56,818 nt of DNA from a virus (taxonomy: Duplodnaviria > Caudoviricetes). This document shows, one piece after another, positions 26,892-37,900 of the stretch. A program made the position numbers and the translations under genes. The notes under the pieces were generated by a model. The model did no database searches and had not been told where the DNA came from. It was given only the letters and a program-made list of their open reading frames with translations. Location of the stretch: IMG/VR virus record IMGVR_UViG_3300042197_002516, positions 1 through 56,818 of that record. One strand, written 5' to 3'. Within the stretch, counting starts at the first letter, position 1. Each line of letters begins with the position of its first letter.

Positions 26892-28562
26892 ATGAAATCT
26901 AATAAGTTAAAAATTCTCTTATGTTCAGAAGCCAGTTTCATTAATTCTGGTTTCGGTATATACGCTAAAGAATTACTATCTCGTTTATATGATACTAATA
27001 AATATGAGCTAGCAGAATTTGCCTCATATGGATTTGTTAATGATCCTAGAGACTCTGACATAAAATGGAGATATTACGCTAATGCCGTCAAGGAAAACGA
27101 TCCTAGACATCAGGAATATCAATCTAGAACAGATAACCAATTCGGAAGATGGAGATTTGAAAAAGTATTATTAGACTTTAAGCCCGATGTGGTTGTTGAT
27201 ATAAGAGACTATTGGATGAGTGCCTATCAGGCTTTATCTCCTTTAAGAAAATATTTCCATTGGGTTCTGATGCCGACAGTAGACTCGGCACCACAACAGG
27301 AAGAATGGATAGACACATTCATAGGTGCTGATGCGATTTTTACATATTCGGATTGGGGTGCCGAAGTATTAAATCAACAGTCTTCTAATAAGATCAAATA
27401 TATTAACACAGTATCTCCTGGTGTGGATCTCAATATTTTTAAACCACAAAATCGTTTAGAGATACGAAACCTCTTTGATATCCCACAAGACGCTATTGTT
27501 GTTGGATCTGTTATGAGAAATCAAAAACGTAAACTCATACCAGAACTATTTAGTTCTTTTAGAGCCGTATTAGATGAATTAGAAAAATCAGATGATACAA
27601 ATATTGGCAAGCGTATGTTCCTATACTTGCATACTAGCTTTCCTGATATGGGATGGGACATTCCCGAACTTCTTAAAGAGCATAGATTAAGTAATAAGGT
27701 TTTATTTACATACTTATGCAGAAACTGTGGTGATGTTTCTTGCTCTGTATTCAGCGGCCCTCAAAAAGTATGTAAGAAATGTTTAAATAAAGCATCAACG
27801 TTTCCTTCGGTTACAGACGGAGTAAAATCAGAAACTTTATCACAGATCTATAATATATTTGATCTATATGTACAGTATTCTATATGTGAAGGATTTGGTA
27901 TGCCTCAAGTAGAAGCTGGTGCTTGTGGTGTTCCTATAGCTACCGTTAATTATAGTGCTATGTGTGATATTGTACGTAAATTAGAAGCCTATCCAATCAA
28001 AGTTAGAACACTATTTAAAGAGCTGGAAACTAAAGCTATGAGAGCATTTCCAGACAATCAAGATCTAAAAGCTTATATCTTAGATTTCGTAAAACAGTCT
28101 ACAGAAAAACAGAAACAAAAGAGAATTAGGACAGCAGAACTTACCAGACATCATTATGATTGGAATAATATTATTAGTATATGGGAAGAGTATTTCGATA
28201 ATCTTGCTAAGTCTAATATAAGAAAAGATTGGTCCAAAGGCGATATGATAAAACTATCAACGCTCACACCTCAAAAAGAAGACTATAAAAATAATTTTGA
28301 TAAATTATTATATCTGTGCAACTATAATATGCATGATCCATCTTTGGTCGGTTCTTATCGTTTGCTCGAATTATTAAATCATGCAGACTACGGTTTTGTT
28401 CACCAGAATATAACATCTATTTTGCCTTATGATTTTAAAAACATATATTCTTACTTAGAAACAGTGGCACACAATAACAACAGTACGCAAGAGATTAAAC
28501 AGAAAAATATTCAATTCGATGATGATTTTATTAGATATGCCCACCTAAAACTTAATAGCTAG
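26892..28562 (+). CDS. GT4-like (GT-B) glycosyltransferase with a zinc-ribbon insertion
   Basis: SGFG, PGVD, MRNQKRK, intact EGFGMPQVE (EX7E), YDW; CRNC...CKKC insert. Confidence 0.9.
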   Translation: MKSNKLKILLCSEASFINSGFGIYAKELLSRLYDTNKYELAEFASYGFVNDPRDSDIKWRYYANAVKENDPRHQEYQSRTDNQFGRWRFEKVLLDFKPDVVVDIRDYWMSAYQALSPLRKYFHWVLMPTVDSAPQQEEWIDTFIGADAIFTYSDWGAEVLNQQSSNKIKYINTVSPGVDLNIFKPQNRLEIRNLFDIPQDAIVVGSVMRNQKRKLIPELFSSFRAVLDELEKSDDTNIGKRMFLYLHTSFPDMGWDIPELLKEHRLSNKVLFTYLCRNCGDVSCSVFSGPQKVCKKCLNKASTFPSVTDGVKSETLSQIYNIFDLYVQYSICEGFGMPQVEAGACGVPIATVNYSAMCDIVRKLEAYPIKVRTLFKELETKAMRAFPDNQDLKAYILDFVKQSTEKQKQKRIRTAELTRHHYDWNNIISIWEEYFDNLAKSNIRKDWSKGDMIKLSTLTPQKEDYKNNFDKLLYLCNYNMHDPSLVGSYRLLELLNHADYGFVHQNITSILPYDFKNIYSYLETVAHNNNSTQEIKQKNIQFDDDFIRYAHLKLNS

Positions 28563-28570
28563 TATCATAT

Positions 28571-29566
28571 ATGAATATATTATATATAGGCCCTTATAGA
28601 CAAAACTCATTAGATGGTATACATTCTTTATGTATATTGCAAACATTACTCACTAATGACTCACATAATATTGTTGCTAGGCCGGTATATATAAATGCCA
28701 GCACTCCTGCTTCACAACTACCTCTTGAAGTAGTTAATGCTGAAAATAATAATAATCAAAACATAGACTGTGTAATACAGCATACTCCTATATCATTTGC
28801 TAGTAGAGTTTATGGAATAGATAAAAATATTATTATTCCTATTTTGGGTTCTCAAAAACTATCTATTAACGAACAAAATATATTAGCGTCTTTTGATATG
28901 GTATTATTAGATAATAAAATAGATGCTAATAAAATATTAAAAAGTAATAATCAGACGCAAAAAAATATTAAAAATTTTGATTACGACGTATTCTCTGATC
29001 CTGTTAATAATAGTATCTATGATTTAGATCTTATTAGTAGTTTAAAGAAATTATATTTTATTGGTAGTGCTATAGATAATACGGACTATATTAATATGCT
29101 AGTACGATCTTTTATTAAAAATAATAATCAAGATAATATAGCATTAGTATTATATTTATTAGATGTAGATTTTCAGGATAAGGAATATATAGACAAAAAA
29201 ATTAATGAGATCTACACAACATATTATGGCAATAATAAACTCAATAAGGTAATTACAGTTCCTGTTCAGACCAGTCTTAAGAATCTAATTATAGCACACA
29301 ATACTTGCGATGTGCTAATAGATCTTCATAATAAGGGTTCTAATTCTATCAATCTAAAAATAGCACAAGCACTTAATAAATCAGTAATCAATATTAGTAA
29401 TGATTTAACATATAAATCTAATGATGGTAATGATATGTCTACCCGCGGCTATTTAAGTATTAGCGAAGAGCATATAGATAACGCAATAAGATCATATCTT
29501 AATTCTAAGAATCTACAAACCACAACATCATTATTTAAAACTCAACATCTCAATAAGATCATATGA
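28571..29566 (+). CDS. Degenerate GT-B-like protein
   Basis: MNILYIGPYR N-terminus, IQH.P, LYFIG, H..CD; the EX7E glutamates are absent. Confidence 0.6.
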   Translation: MNILYIGPYRQNSLDGIHSLCILQTLLTNDSHNIVARPVYINASTPASQLPLEVVNAENNNNQNIDCVIQHTPISFASRVYGIDKNIIIPILGSQKLSINEQNILASFDMVLLDNKIDANKILKSNNQTQKNIKNFDYDVFSDPVNNSIYDLDLISSLKKLYFIGSAIDNTDYINMLVRSFIKNNNQDNIALVLYLLDVDFQDKEYIDKKINEIYTTYYGNNKLNKVITVPVQTSLKNLIIAHNTCDVLIDLHNKGSNSINLKIAQALNKSVINISNDLTYKSNDGNDMSTRGYLSISEEHIDNAIRSYLNSKNLQTTTSLFKTQHLNKII

Positions 29567-30426
29567 CTACCCATACAATTAGTAATATAGCATATAAAAT
29601 TATAGATAATGACATTAGGGTTTTATATAGCACCCATAATAGTTATTTTGATAGTATCATGTTTAGTTTGGATACAATCAATTATTGCTTAGATACTACT
29701 TATAGTCATTATTATGACTTATATATCACACATAATGGTTTTGACTATGCTCAAGAAGCACAGAATTGGTGCAATGCTATGCATATTAATGCATTGGTTT
29801 TCTTTCATAAAAAGCCCCCAGCAAAATTTAAGAAAGAAGATGGAGTTATTTTAAAGAACGCACTACATAAGACACATAAAGTTTTTATCGGTAAGGAGAT
29901 AGCAGAATCTTGGTCCTATAATACTTGGACTAATACTAGTGTTGTAGAGTATGGAGTACCTACCCATCAAAGCACAGCTGAAAAAACTAAGTCTGTTTTA
30001 TTTATTAATCAGTCAAATGATAGTCAAATAAGCAGCATGTATTCCTCTTTAATTCAAAAATTTCCTAACTCAGATCTACTACAAACACCATCGTTAGATA
30101 TCGATATTGTTGCAAAATTATTATCACAATATGCTGTTGTGGTTGATATGGATAATACAATCAATATTCTATTAGCATCTGCTTGTGGATGTAAAACTAT
30201 TACCTCTCCTATTGTATCTATCAATGCTGATATTAAAGAGTCCTATAAAATTATTAACTATGATAGCTTAAGTAAAATTATAGAAAATATTATTTTAGAA
30301 CCTATTAACGAAAATGATATTAAATATAATAAACAAATTATTCATCAATATTATAATTATCATGATTTTAAGAATCAAATAACCAACATTCTGACAAAAG
30401 CTAAAAAGGAGATGTTTGTTTTATGA
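29563..30426 (+). CDS. Degenerate GT-B-like protein
   Basis: VVEYGV and LLASACGCKTIT, corresponding to the usual LEAxACG motif without the Glu. Confidence 0.55.
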   Translation: MTTHTISNIAYKIIDNDIRVLYSTHNSYFDSIMFSLDTINYCLDTTYSHYYDLYITHNGFDYAQEAQNWCNAMHINALVFFHKKPPAKFKKEDGVILKNALHKTHKVFIGKEIAESWSYNTWTNTSVVEYGVPTHQSTAEKTKSVLFINQSNDSQISSMYSSLIQKFPNSDLLQTPSLDIDIVAKLLSQYAVVVDMDNTINILLASACGCKTITSPIVSINADIKESYKIINYDSLSKIIENIILEPINENDIKYNKQIIHQYYNYHDFKNQITNILTKAKKEMFVL

Positions 30427-30842
30427 AACATAATTTTGCTATAGTACGAGACACTAGCTCTCCTGTTCCGTTGGGACATAGTACTGCAACTCTGGGGGAC
30501 CTGGGATTAATTATTAATTTATCTTGTGATAATATTATTTGTGATTGCTTAGAATATTACTCTAAACAACAATCAGTAGATGCTATACAACAATTAATAG
30601 AAAAGATTAAGCCGTCGGGTTTGCTAGTAATTGTATTAACAGACATCAAAAAACAGTTATCTGGTTATTTGGACGGAACAGTTAATTCAGATAAGCTATT
30701 ACAGACTTTAGCTAATAAACTCTCTATTTGGTCATTAGATGATATACTATTAGCTCTTAATAGGCCTTCTTTAAAAATACAAAAAATAGACTATGTTAAT
30801 AATCAAATAGTTATAACAACTAAAAGAATATCATTAGACTAA
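30423..30842 (+). CDS. Degenerate class I SAM methyltransferase-like protein
   Basis: SCDNII...LEY...KIKPSGLLVI matches the C-terminal half of the fold; no Gly-rich motif I. Confidence 0.5.
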   Translation: MKHNFAIVRDTSSPVPLGHSTATLGDLGLIINLSCDNIICDCLEYYSKQQSVDAIQQLIEKIKPSGLLVIVLTDIKKQLSGYLDGTVNSDKLLQTLANKLSIWSLDDILLALNRPSLKIQKIDYVNNQIVITTKRISLD

Positions 30843-31516
30843 TGTTAGATATTTTGATCATAGCTCCTGAGATTACAAAAGGGATGAAATCTCTAGGATC
30901 CAAAGCTTTACTAATAATAAAAAAGAATCTTTCTGTAATACAGTATCAGATACTACAAGCCAATAATCTAGATAAACACTCCAGAATTACAGTAATTCTA
31001 GGTTTTGAATATGAAAAAATCTTAAACACAATTCAATCGTATAAAAATATAAACTATATTATCAACCATGAGTATAGACATACAAATCAAGCCTATAGCT
31101 TAAAATTATTTTATGATAAACATAAAGATGTTTCTAATTTACTTATTATTAGTAGTGGCGTGTTATTGAAAGATATGGTTATAGATAAGTCTATGTTGAT
31201 TGATCGATCCAAGGTTTTTTTGTTAAATAAAGACAAAGAAAATTTTGAACTTGGATGTTCACAAGAAACAGATTATACTGAATATATATTTTATGATTTA
31301 CCATCCAAATGGTCAGAATGTGTCTACCTAAACCGTGAGGGTATAGAAGCAACAAAAACAGTAGTTAGCAAAAATAGTTCTGATCAAATGTATTTATTTG
31401 AAACTATCAACAGTATATTAGGTTATACATCTATAGATAAATGTTTTATAGATAGACGCAAAATTATGAAGATCAACAATCAAAAAGATATACCAAAAGC
31501 GAAAGTGTTTATATGA
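30842..31516 (+). CDS. Degenerate nucleotidyltransferase (LicC/GlmU-like)
   Basis: MKSLGSKALL, IQYQI, VILGF, N..Y..TN...SL; the ILAAG.G and GD motifs are replaced. Confidence 0.7.
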   Translation: MLDILIIAPEITKGMKSLGSKALLIIKKNLSVIQYQILQANNLDKHSRITVILGFEYEKILNTIQSYKNINYIINHEYRHTNQAYSLKLFYDKHKDVSNLLIISSGVLLKDMVIDKSMLIDRSKVFLLNKDKENFELGCSQETDYTEYIFYDLPSKWSECVYLNREGIEATKTVVSKNSSDQMYLFETINSILGYTSIDKCFIDRRKIMKINNQKDIPKAKVFI

Positions 31517-32262
31517 ATAAACTATTAGTACAATATTGTGATAGTAAATTTATACAAAATCTATGTATCTTACAGCTAGACGGCATTGAAATACAGCCAG
31601 CAGTATTTGATAAACAATTATATAAGCTATATTTTTCATACCAACCAACACACATTATATTTATAGCTAATAAAATTAGTGAAGAGTGTGCTCAATTTAT
31701 AGAGGATTATAAAGATAAAGTAAGTATTTATGCTTATCATCCTAATGAAAAAACCTTATCACTAATACCAAATTATCCAGATTCTTGTCTTCATTTGGTG
31801 TCAGAGTCTTTGCGACCTATGGTTCCAGCAGATGCTGATACAAATAAAATTATCTATATACCCAACAACCTAATTAATACCTCTATATATTATAGTGATA
31901 AGCGCTCTAGGAGCGAGTCAATAATATATTTTGCTCCTAAAGGAATAACTTCATTTTGTAATGAGCTAATATCTGTATTATATCCAAATACAAAATTACC
32001 TATTAAGATATTTGATAGTCCAAAAATTACACATCCACAAAATTTAGGCACACTAACTGAACCCGAGAAAGGCGAGCTTTTAAGAAATAATCAGTATTAT
32101 CTCACTTATAGTCTAGATGAATACCTTACAGAGGCTATTGAGTGTGGATGTAAAATAGTTAATTATGATAATGTTATGAATTATAACACAGAAGCGTCTA
32201 TTAAAGAGCAATCTAACACAATAAAGTATCAAGATTTTTTGCAAGGAGTTTTTAATGTCTAA
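31513..32262 (+). CDS. Degenerate GT-B-like protein
   Basis: QNLG...EK..LL...Y...EAIECGCKIV. Confidence 0.55.
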   Translation: MNKLLVQYCDSKFIQNLCILQLDGIEIQPAVFDKQLYKLYFSYQPTHIIFIANKISEECAQFIEDYKDKVSIYAYHPNEKTLSLIPNYPDSCLHLVSESLRPMVPADADTNKIIYIPNNLINTSIYYSDKRSRSESIIYFAPKGITSFCNELISVLYPNTKLPIKIFDSPKITHPQNLGTLTEPEKGELLRNNQYYLTYSLDEYLTEAIECGCKIVNYDNVMNYNTEASIKEQSNTIKYQDFLQGVFNV

Positions 32263-32713
32263 GGACGTAGGTTTTGTATTATTGAAATTACTTAATAATA
32301 GTATTTATGATAATATTCTACAATGCTTAAAAAGCATATCTGTTGATCGTCCGTATGATCAAGCGATTATTTTTAATAGCTATTCTGAAAAAGCAGAAAC
32401 CTTAAATCTGCCAATACTACATTTAACTCAGTGTAAATTTTTTACTGGTACACTAATTCTATTTGACCTACCCAGTGTAATTTTGACTGCAACATTCCCT
32501 AATATTACTAAACGTATCTTATATATAGGAGATATGCCTTGGTTACAAAATCCTGCTACGGGATACAAGGAATGGACATCATTGTATGATCAGCCCAATC
32601 TTGATTTTATAGTACAAACTCAAGAATTATATGACATATATAATATGTGCTGGAAAAAACCACTAACTATTTCGGAAAATTTTAATTATGAACAAATCAA
32701 ATCCTTCATATAG
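32255..32713 (+). CDS. Hypothetical protein, possibly an isolated GT N-lobe
   Basis: AAGGAG SD; alpha/beta pattern; last gene of the GT-like run. Confidence 0.6.
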   Translation: MSKDVGFVLLKLLNNSIYDNILQCLKSISVDRPYDQAIIFNSYSEKAETLNLPILHLTQCKFFTGTLILFDLPSVILTATFPNITKRILYIGDMPWLQNPATGYKEWTSLYDQPNLDFIVQTQELYDIYNMCWKKPLTISENFNYEQIKSFI

Positions 32714-33485
32714 TACATTATCTAGTAAAGATAAATTAAAAATTTTAACAGAACTATACGTAGAGCAAAATAAAAGTTTTGCTGATATAGCGGTGATGTT
32801 TGATACTTATCCTAATAAGATTAGACGAGACGCCAAAACATTAGGCTTACCTATACGCAATAAATCTGAGGCTCAAAAAAATGCACTCAATACTGGTAAG
32901 CATAAGCATCCCACAAAAGGAACCCAAAGATCAGAAGAAACAAAAATAAAGATAGGGTCTCAAGTTATGCAAAGTTGGGAGGGGTTGACTGATCAAGAAT
33001 TAGAGACTAGAAAAGAACGGGCTAGACAAAATTGGGACAATATGGATATACAAACCAAACAAAATATACATCAAAAAGCTATAGAAGCAGTAAGACTAAC
33101 TAGTAAAACAGGATCTAAACTAGAGAAGTTCTTACTAAATCAATTAATATCAGATAAGTACGCTGTAGATTTTCATAAAGAGCAATCGTTGGTTAATACA
33201 AAATTACAAATTGACCTGTTCTTGCCTAAGCTTAACATAGCTATAGAGGTTGATGGCCCGTCTCATTTTGAGCCAGTATGGGGTGATCAGTCTTTGCAAA
33301 GAAATATTACCTATGATCAGAAAAAAGAAGGATTAATTACTGGTAAAGGCTGGCATTTAATTCGTATCAAACAAACCAAAGATTTCTCTAAGGCCAGAGC
33401 TTTGAGAATTTATGATCAGCTAATACAATGTATTCGTCAGTGTGAATCGTCTAAAGTTTCCCAAAAAATAAATATTGAGGACTAG
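32688..33485 (+). CDS. Homing-endonuclease-like protein (HTH + NUMOD3-like + DUF559/Vsr-like nuclease)
   Basis: LY...KS..DIA HTH; KG..RSEETKIKI NUMOD3-like motif; SKLE, QIDLFLP, IAIEVDGPSH, D.KK...GW..IRI. Confidence 0.78.
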   Translation: MNKSNPSYSTLSSKDKLKILTELYVEQNKSFADIAVMFDTYPNKIRRDAKTLGLPIRNKSEAQKNALNTGKHKHPTKGTQRSEETKIKIGSQVMQSWEGLTDQELETRKERARQNWDNMDIQTKQNIHQKAIEAVRLTSKTGSKLEKFLLNQLISDKYAVDFHKEQSLVNTKLQIDLFLPKLNIAIEVDGPSHFEPVWGDQSLQRNITYDQKKEGLITGKGWHLIRIKQTKDFSKARALRIYDQLIQCIRQCESSKVSQKINIED

Positions 33486-33491
33486 TTTATT

Positions 33492-34220
33492 ATGGCTAAA
33501 AAAGATAAGAGTCAGGATATTGTGGCTAATGAGACTACTGTTACAGAAGTCAAGGTTCCTAAAGCTACAGACCTAGAATGGACCGATTATGTACTAAGCC
33601 TGTTATCTGATGATGAAAAAATATCGGACAATCCTACTACTGATGGTTTGCGTCGTATTTTTGAAATAGCACTAAATTGTAAAGTTATCTCCTCGACTAC
33701 AACAATCGCCCAGTCTCCTGATCCAAATAATGAAAAAAGAGCCACCGTGGTTCATTCTATAACCTATGCTTTAAACCAAGAGACATCGTCTAGGCCAGAA
33801 TTAAATGTAATCACCGTAGACGGTGCGGCGGATGTTTATTGGGGCAATTGTGATAAGGTTTATCGAAATCATCCCGTGGCCGTTGCTGAAACTAGGGCAG
33901 AAGGCAGAGCGTTACGAAGAGCATTAAAACTACGCAAGGTCGTGGCTGCCGAAGAATTATCTAAGGAAATTGATGATAATCCTGATGCTAATACCGTATC
34001 TAGAATTAGTAATGCTCAAATTAATTTTATTGACATTATGGCTCAAAGACTTAATATAAATGTAAGTAAGTTATTGACCGAAAATCAATTATCTACTGAT
34101 AACATATATAATATATCTCATGATGATGCTGTAAATATTATTAGACTTTTGTCTAAATACCAACAGAATACATCTGAAATATTAGATAACATAGTAGGCT
34201 ATTCTGGAGATTGGAAATAA
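33492..34220 (+). CDS. Putative Rad52-like single-strand annealing protein
   Basis: DGL...ATV...G.AD...AVAETRAEGRALRRAL pattern, with a small helical C-terminal domain (ISNAQINFI). Confidence 0.5.
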   Translation: MAKKDKSQDIVANETTVTEVKVPKATDLEWTDYVLSLLSDDEKISDNPTTDGLRRIFEIALNCKVISSTTTIAQSPDPNNEKRATVVHSITYALNQETSSRPELNVITVDGAADVYWGNCDKVYRNHPVAVAETRAEGRALRRALKLRKVVAAEELSKEIDDNPDANTVSRISNAQINFIDIMAQRLNINVSKLLTENQLSTDNIYNISHDDAVNIIRLLSKYQQNTSEILDNIVGYSGDWK

Positions 34221-34222
34221 TT

Positions 34223-34549
34223 ATGAAAGTACTATATAAAGCTAGTGATAAGTTAACATTTGAATTAGAGGGTGCTGGACAAAAAGAAATTTTTAAAGAG
34301 CTAGCTATAATTCAGGAGATTTTTGCTGAAGAGGCTTGCGGGTTGTGTGGTAAACATAATCTAAAGTTTGTAGTCAGAAACGTAGAAGGTAATGACTACT
34401 ATGAAATTAGATGTTCTGACTGTGGTGCCATTTTAGCTTTTGGACAGCATAAAAAGGGAGGAACACTATTTCCTAAACGCAAAGATGACGATGGTAATGC
34501 TATACCAAATAAAGGATGGCATAAGTGGACAAATAAAGAAAAAAAATAA
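34223..34549 (+). CDS. Zinc-finger hypothetical protein
   Basis: CGLCG...YYEIRCSDCGA; ATG at 34223. Confidence 0.75.
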   Translation: MKVLYKASDKLTFELEGAGQKEIFKELAIIQEIFAEEACGLCGKHNLKFVVRNVEGNDYYEIRCSDCGAILAFGQHKKGGTLFPKRKDDDGNAIPNKGWHKWTNKEKK

Positions 34550-34555
34550 TCTCTA

Positions 34556-34933
34556 TTATATTCCCCATTTGCCTACAGGACATGATGCCTTAGATAACGC
34601 TAATTTATTTATAAATTGGCGTTGTTTACTTAAAAAACAACCACATTTGTCGCAAACGCTTTGCTTAGAATTAAAGAATTCACAAGAGTTACAAATATTT
34701 AGTCTCTTTAGTATCTGATCGTTTGTACATAATTCTTGATTATCTGAGCTTCCGGAAATAGAAGCACTATTTTGTGTGTGTTCTATACTGAAAGCCATAC
34801 TAGTAGGACATACTAGTATAGGATAATTACTATCATAAGATACTACTTTAGTTTCGCATTTTTCGCAATAGTATAGTCCATACTCGATCTCTATAAATTG
34901 ACATAAATCAGCTTTATTTAGTTCCATATTCAT
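34556..34933 (-). CDS. Cys-rich small protein (DUF6171-like C-terminus)
   Basis: RLNICNSC...CDKCGC...K......CPVGKW. Likely start at 34933 or 34927 rather than 35005. Confidence 0.7.
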   Translation of the reverse strand: MNMELNKADLCQFIEIEYGLYYCEKCETKVVSYDSNYPILVCPTSMAFSIEHTQNSASISGSSDNQELCTNDQILKRLNICNSCEFFNSKQSVCDKCGCFLSKQRQFINKLALSKASCPVGKWGI

Positions 34934-37900
34934 AAGGAATAAGCTCCCAAGGGAAATAACTAGACATAAATTTCCCTTTATTTTCGATTTTATCAACACT
35001 ACCATAAAAACTTCTAAAAATCATTTCGTTTTGTAGTTTAAAAAAATCTGGTAACTCTGTATATTCTAAATTATTATTAGCATTTTTTTGTAAACTAATC
35101 CAATAATATAGATTATTATTTATTGTTCCTAAACGTCCCACAGAATCTATCTCTAGTGGTATTAAAGGATTTGCGGCAGAACTTGCTCTGTATCCTGCTC
35201 TAGAACCATATCTATAAACGGTACTTAATAAATCACATCCTCTTAATTGCCTTGGTATACGCTTAAATATAACTTCTATACTATTAGTAGTCGTAAGATT
35301 AAGCAAATTACCTACTCTAGTTGGCTTTCCTCTTCTATTTCCTGTACCTTCACTAGTTATATCAGATATCAATCCATTACCAGCAGGACTCCCGGTATCT
35401 GTAAAACATTTAATATATCCAGGAGCAGCGTTGATATCTGACGATTTATCATCTCCTAAAAGTGTTGGATTAGGCATTTCATAATAAGGAACAGGTACCA
35501 AATAAGTCTCTATTGAATGTACTGTTAATTCGTCATTAGGAATACCGCTGATAATTTCATCTCCATTTATATTAAACCATCTTTCTATTATTATAGTCTT
35601 CCAATCTTTGATATTTGAATTAAATTGTTGTTCAAAAGTTGTTTTTTGTCTATCTATATCTAACTGTGGAATAGTATACTTATAAGAGTTAAATTTAGAG
35701 CCGTCAAATTTTTCCGGACCCGAATCACCTATAGACTCGTTCCTAGCAAAGTCTGGACAAATATTATTACTGATTCGCAGGCCTTTAAATAATGGCAGAG
35801 CTTCTACACAAGAATACTCAGTAGATATTAATATTTTTGGATTACTAGCAAAATCACAAATGCATCCTTGAGAAGGATCTATATTTATCATATAATGATC
35901 TTGATTAATTTTCTTATAATCAATTAAATAATGACCATTATCTGTGGTAATTACAGGTTCTAATTTAGGTAAAATTCCGGTATTAGCATATTTAGGATGG
36001 TCTACTCTTAAAGTATGTGTAGGTATATAATCTCGTGTAATAATTGTATTTTTATTCTTAAAAATTTTAACTGGATCAGAATCTGCTGTAACTGGTTTAA
36101 TTGTTATATAATATTTATTTTCGTATATAATCTCCCCATTAGCACTACCATTCTGTTGAGTATCCGGATCTATATATGTAACATTAGCAGAGGGTAAAGT
36201 TTGAGTATTTAATACTGTTAGGATACTGTGTCTTTCTTTATATAATCTATCTAATGCTCTGCTAGTTCTTAAAATATAACATTGATTTGGATTAGAAGGA
36301 TTGCGACTATGACAATCTCCTTTGTCTTTTATTTTTTTAGATAATTTATCCAAATGCATTGCTATATATTTAATTTTTTTAGAATTTATTATATCAGTTG
36401 TAAAGTTTTCATCACCTGTTTTACTCTCCAATTCGGCATCATATGAATCGTTATCTATAGTTAGGATTCTTTGTTTTAAATTATTAAAATCTGTATTATC
36501 TAATGGTTTAATTGGAATATATTCTACATAATCATTTTCTATTTCTAGTACCCCATATAAGCCAGATAAAGAACTATCATTAAATGATGGTAATTTAATA
36601 TACATAAAATCTTGTACATCTTCATTCGTATTAGATGTAGAGAATCTAAGTTGTTGTTGTAACTGATAAACTATCTCTGATTCTACAGAAGTTCTCTGTC
36701 CTCTATATCTGGCGTTAGCTGTATCAGCAATAACCACATTCGGATCAGAATCAAATATACTGTTCTGTAGTACATCAGCAGAATAAGCAAAACCATGTAC
36801 TCCTCCTGTAACGCCAGATGCTGGAATGAGGTCTAATTTATCATTATATGTCCAAAATTTAATAGTATTAAATTTAATTTTATCATTTATACTATTATTA
36901 AAAATTTGATAAATATTTTTTAGTTTATTAAAAGATATATTGTTATATAAATAATTTTTACTAATAAAAGGAGATATATCACCATAAGAACCAGTGCTGT
37001 GTGCTGGTGCTATAATATCGTAAGAACTACTGTTGCTACTATAATTGCTATTTTTATCCAATCCCCAAGTATTATATATAGCAGCAGTATTATCTAATGA
37101 TGTAGGATTATTCTTATATACAAAAAATATCTTATTGCCTAGAGACGGAGAGAGTCTATCGTTTTTTCCTACACCAGTGCTTAGAATTAATACCGATACT
37201 AGTTTATTTTTTTTATAAATTAAAGCTTTATTAATTATAGATACTCTTAAAATTTCTGTACTATCATCGGGTTCTTTAGTATTACTTTCGGTATATAGTT
37301 CTATTGTGTCTCCAATAGAAAAAATATCATACGGGATTCTACTGTCTATAGCTATAACTTTAGCATCAAGCATATCTCCGTACAAACTATTGCTAAAAAA
37401 ATCATTACCATATCTAATATGACTATTAATCAAACCTAGTGGTAAAGCATGTTTGAGATCTCCATAATTATTTTGTGTTCTCCAAGCATTGTCATTTGAT
37501 ATTCTCTCCTGTTCCGTAGCATTAGGTGCAAGTTTTGGTTTATCTTTGATCCTAATCCAAGAACCTTTTTGTACTATGTATACACCTGTTTCGTCCGGAC
37601 ACTGGGTAGTTGCACCAGCGGCCGAAACAAATGAGGCGTAAACTAAATCTCCTTCTTGACATAATACATCTGATATAATAGCTGGCGCTCCTGTAAGAGT
37701 AGTTCCACAAATAGGTTGAATATATTTATATAATGAATTATCTACAAAAAAATTAATATCGCTAATAATAGAAAATTTAAATGTAGAAATACTATCACAA
37801 AAATTTCGACGTACCCTAACAAAATTATAACGATTAGGTTTTAATATAGGCATATTACTATACTTAAAAATAGTAGCTTCTAAAGAATGCCATAAGTCTT

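Noticed and set aside
7048-27061. Short minus-strand ORFs within the + strand block (e.g. 7048, 7598, 11206, 17311, 23922, 26349)
   Set aside because: They are antisense shadows of well-supported genes and carry no motifs.
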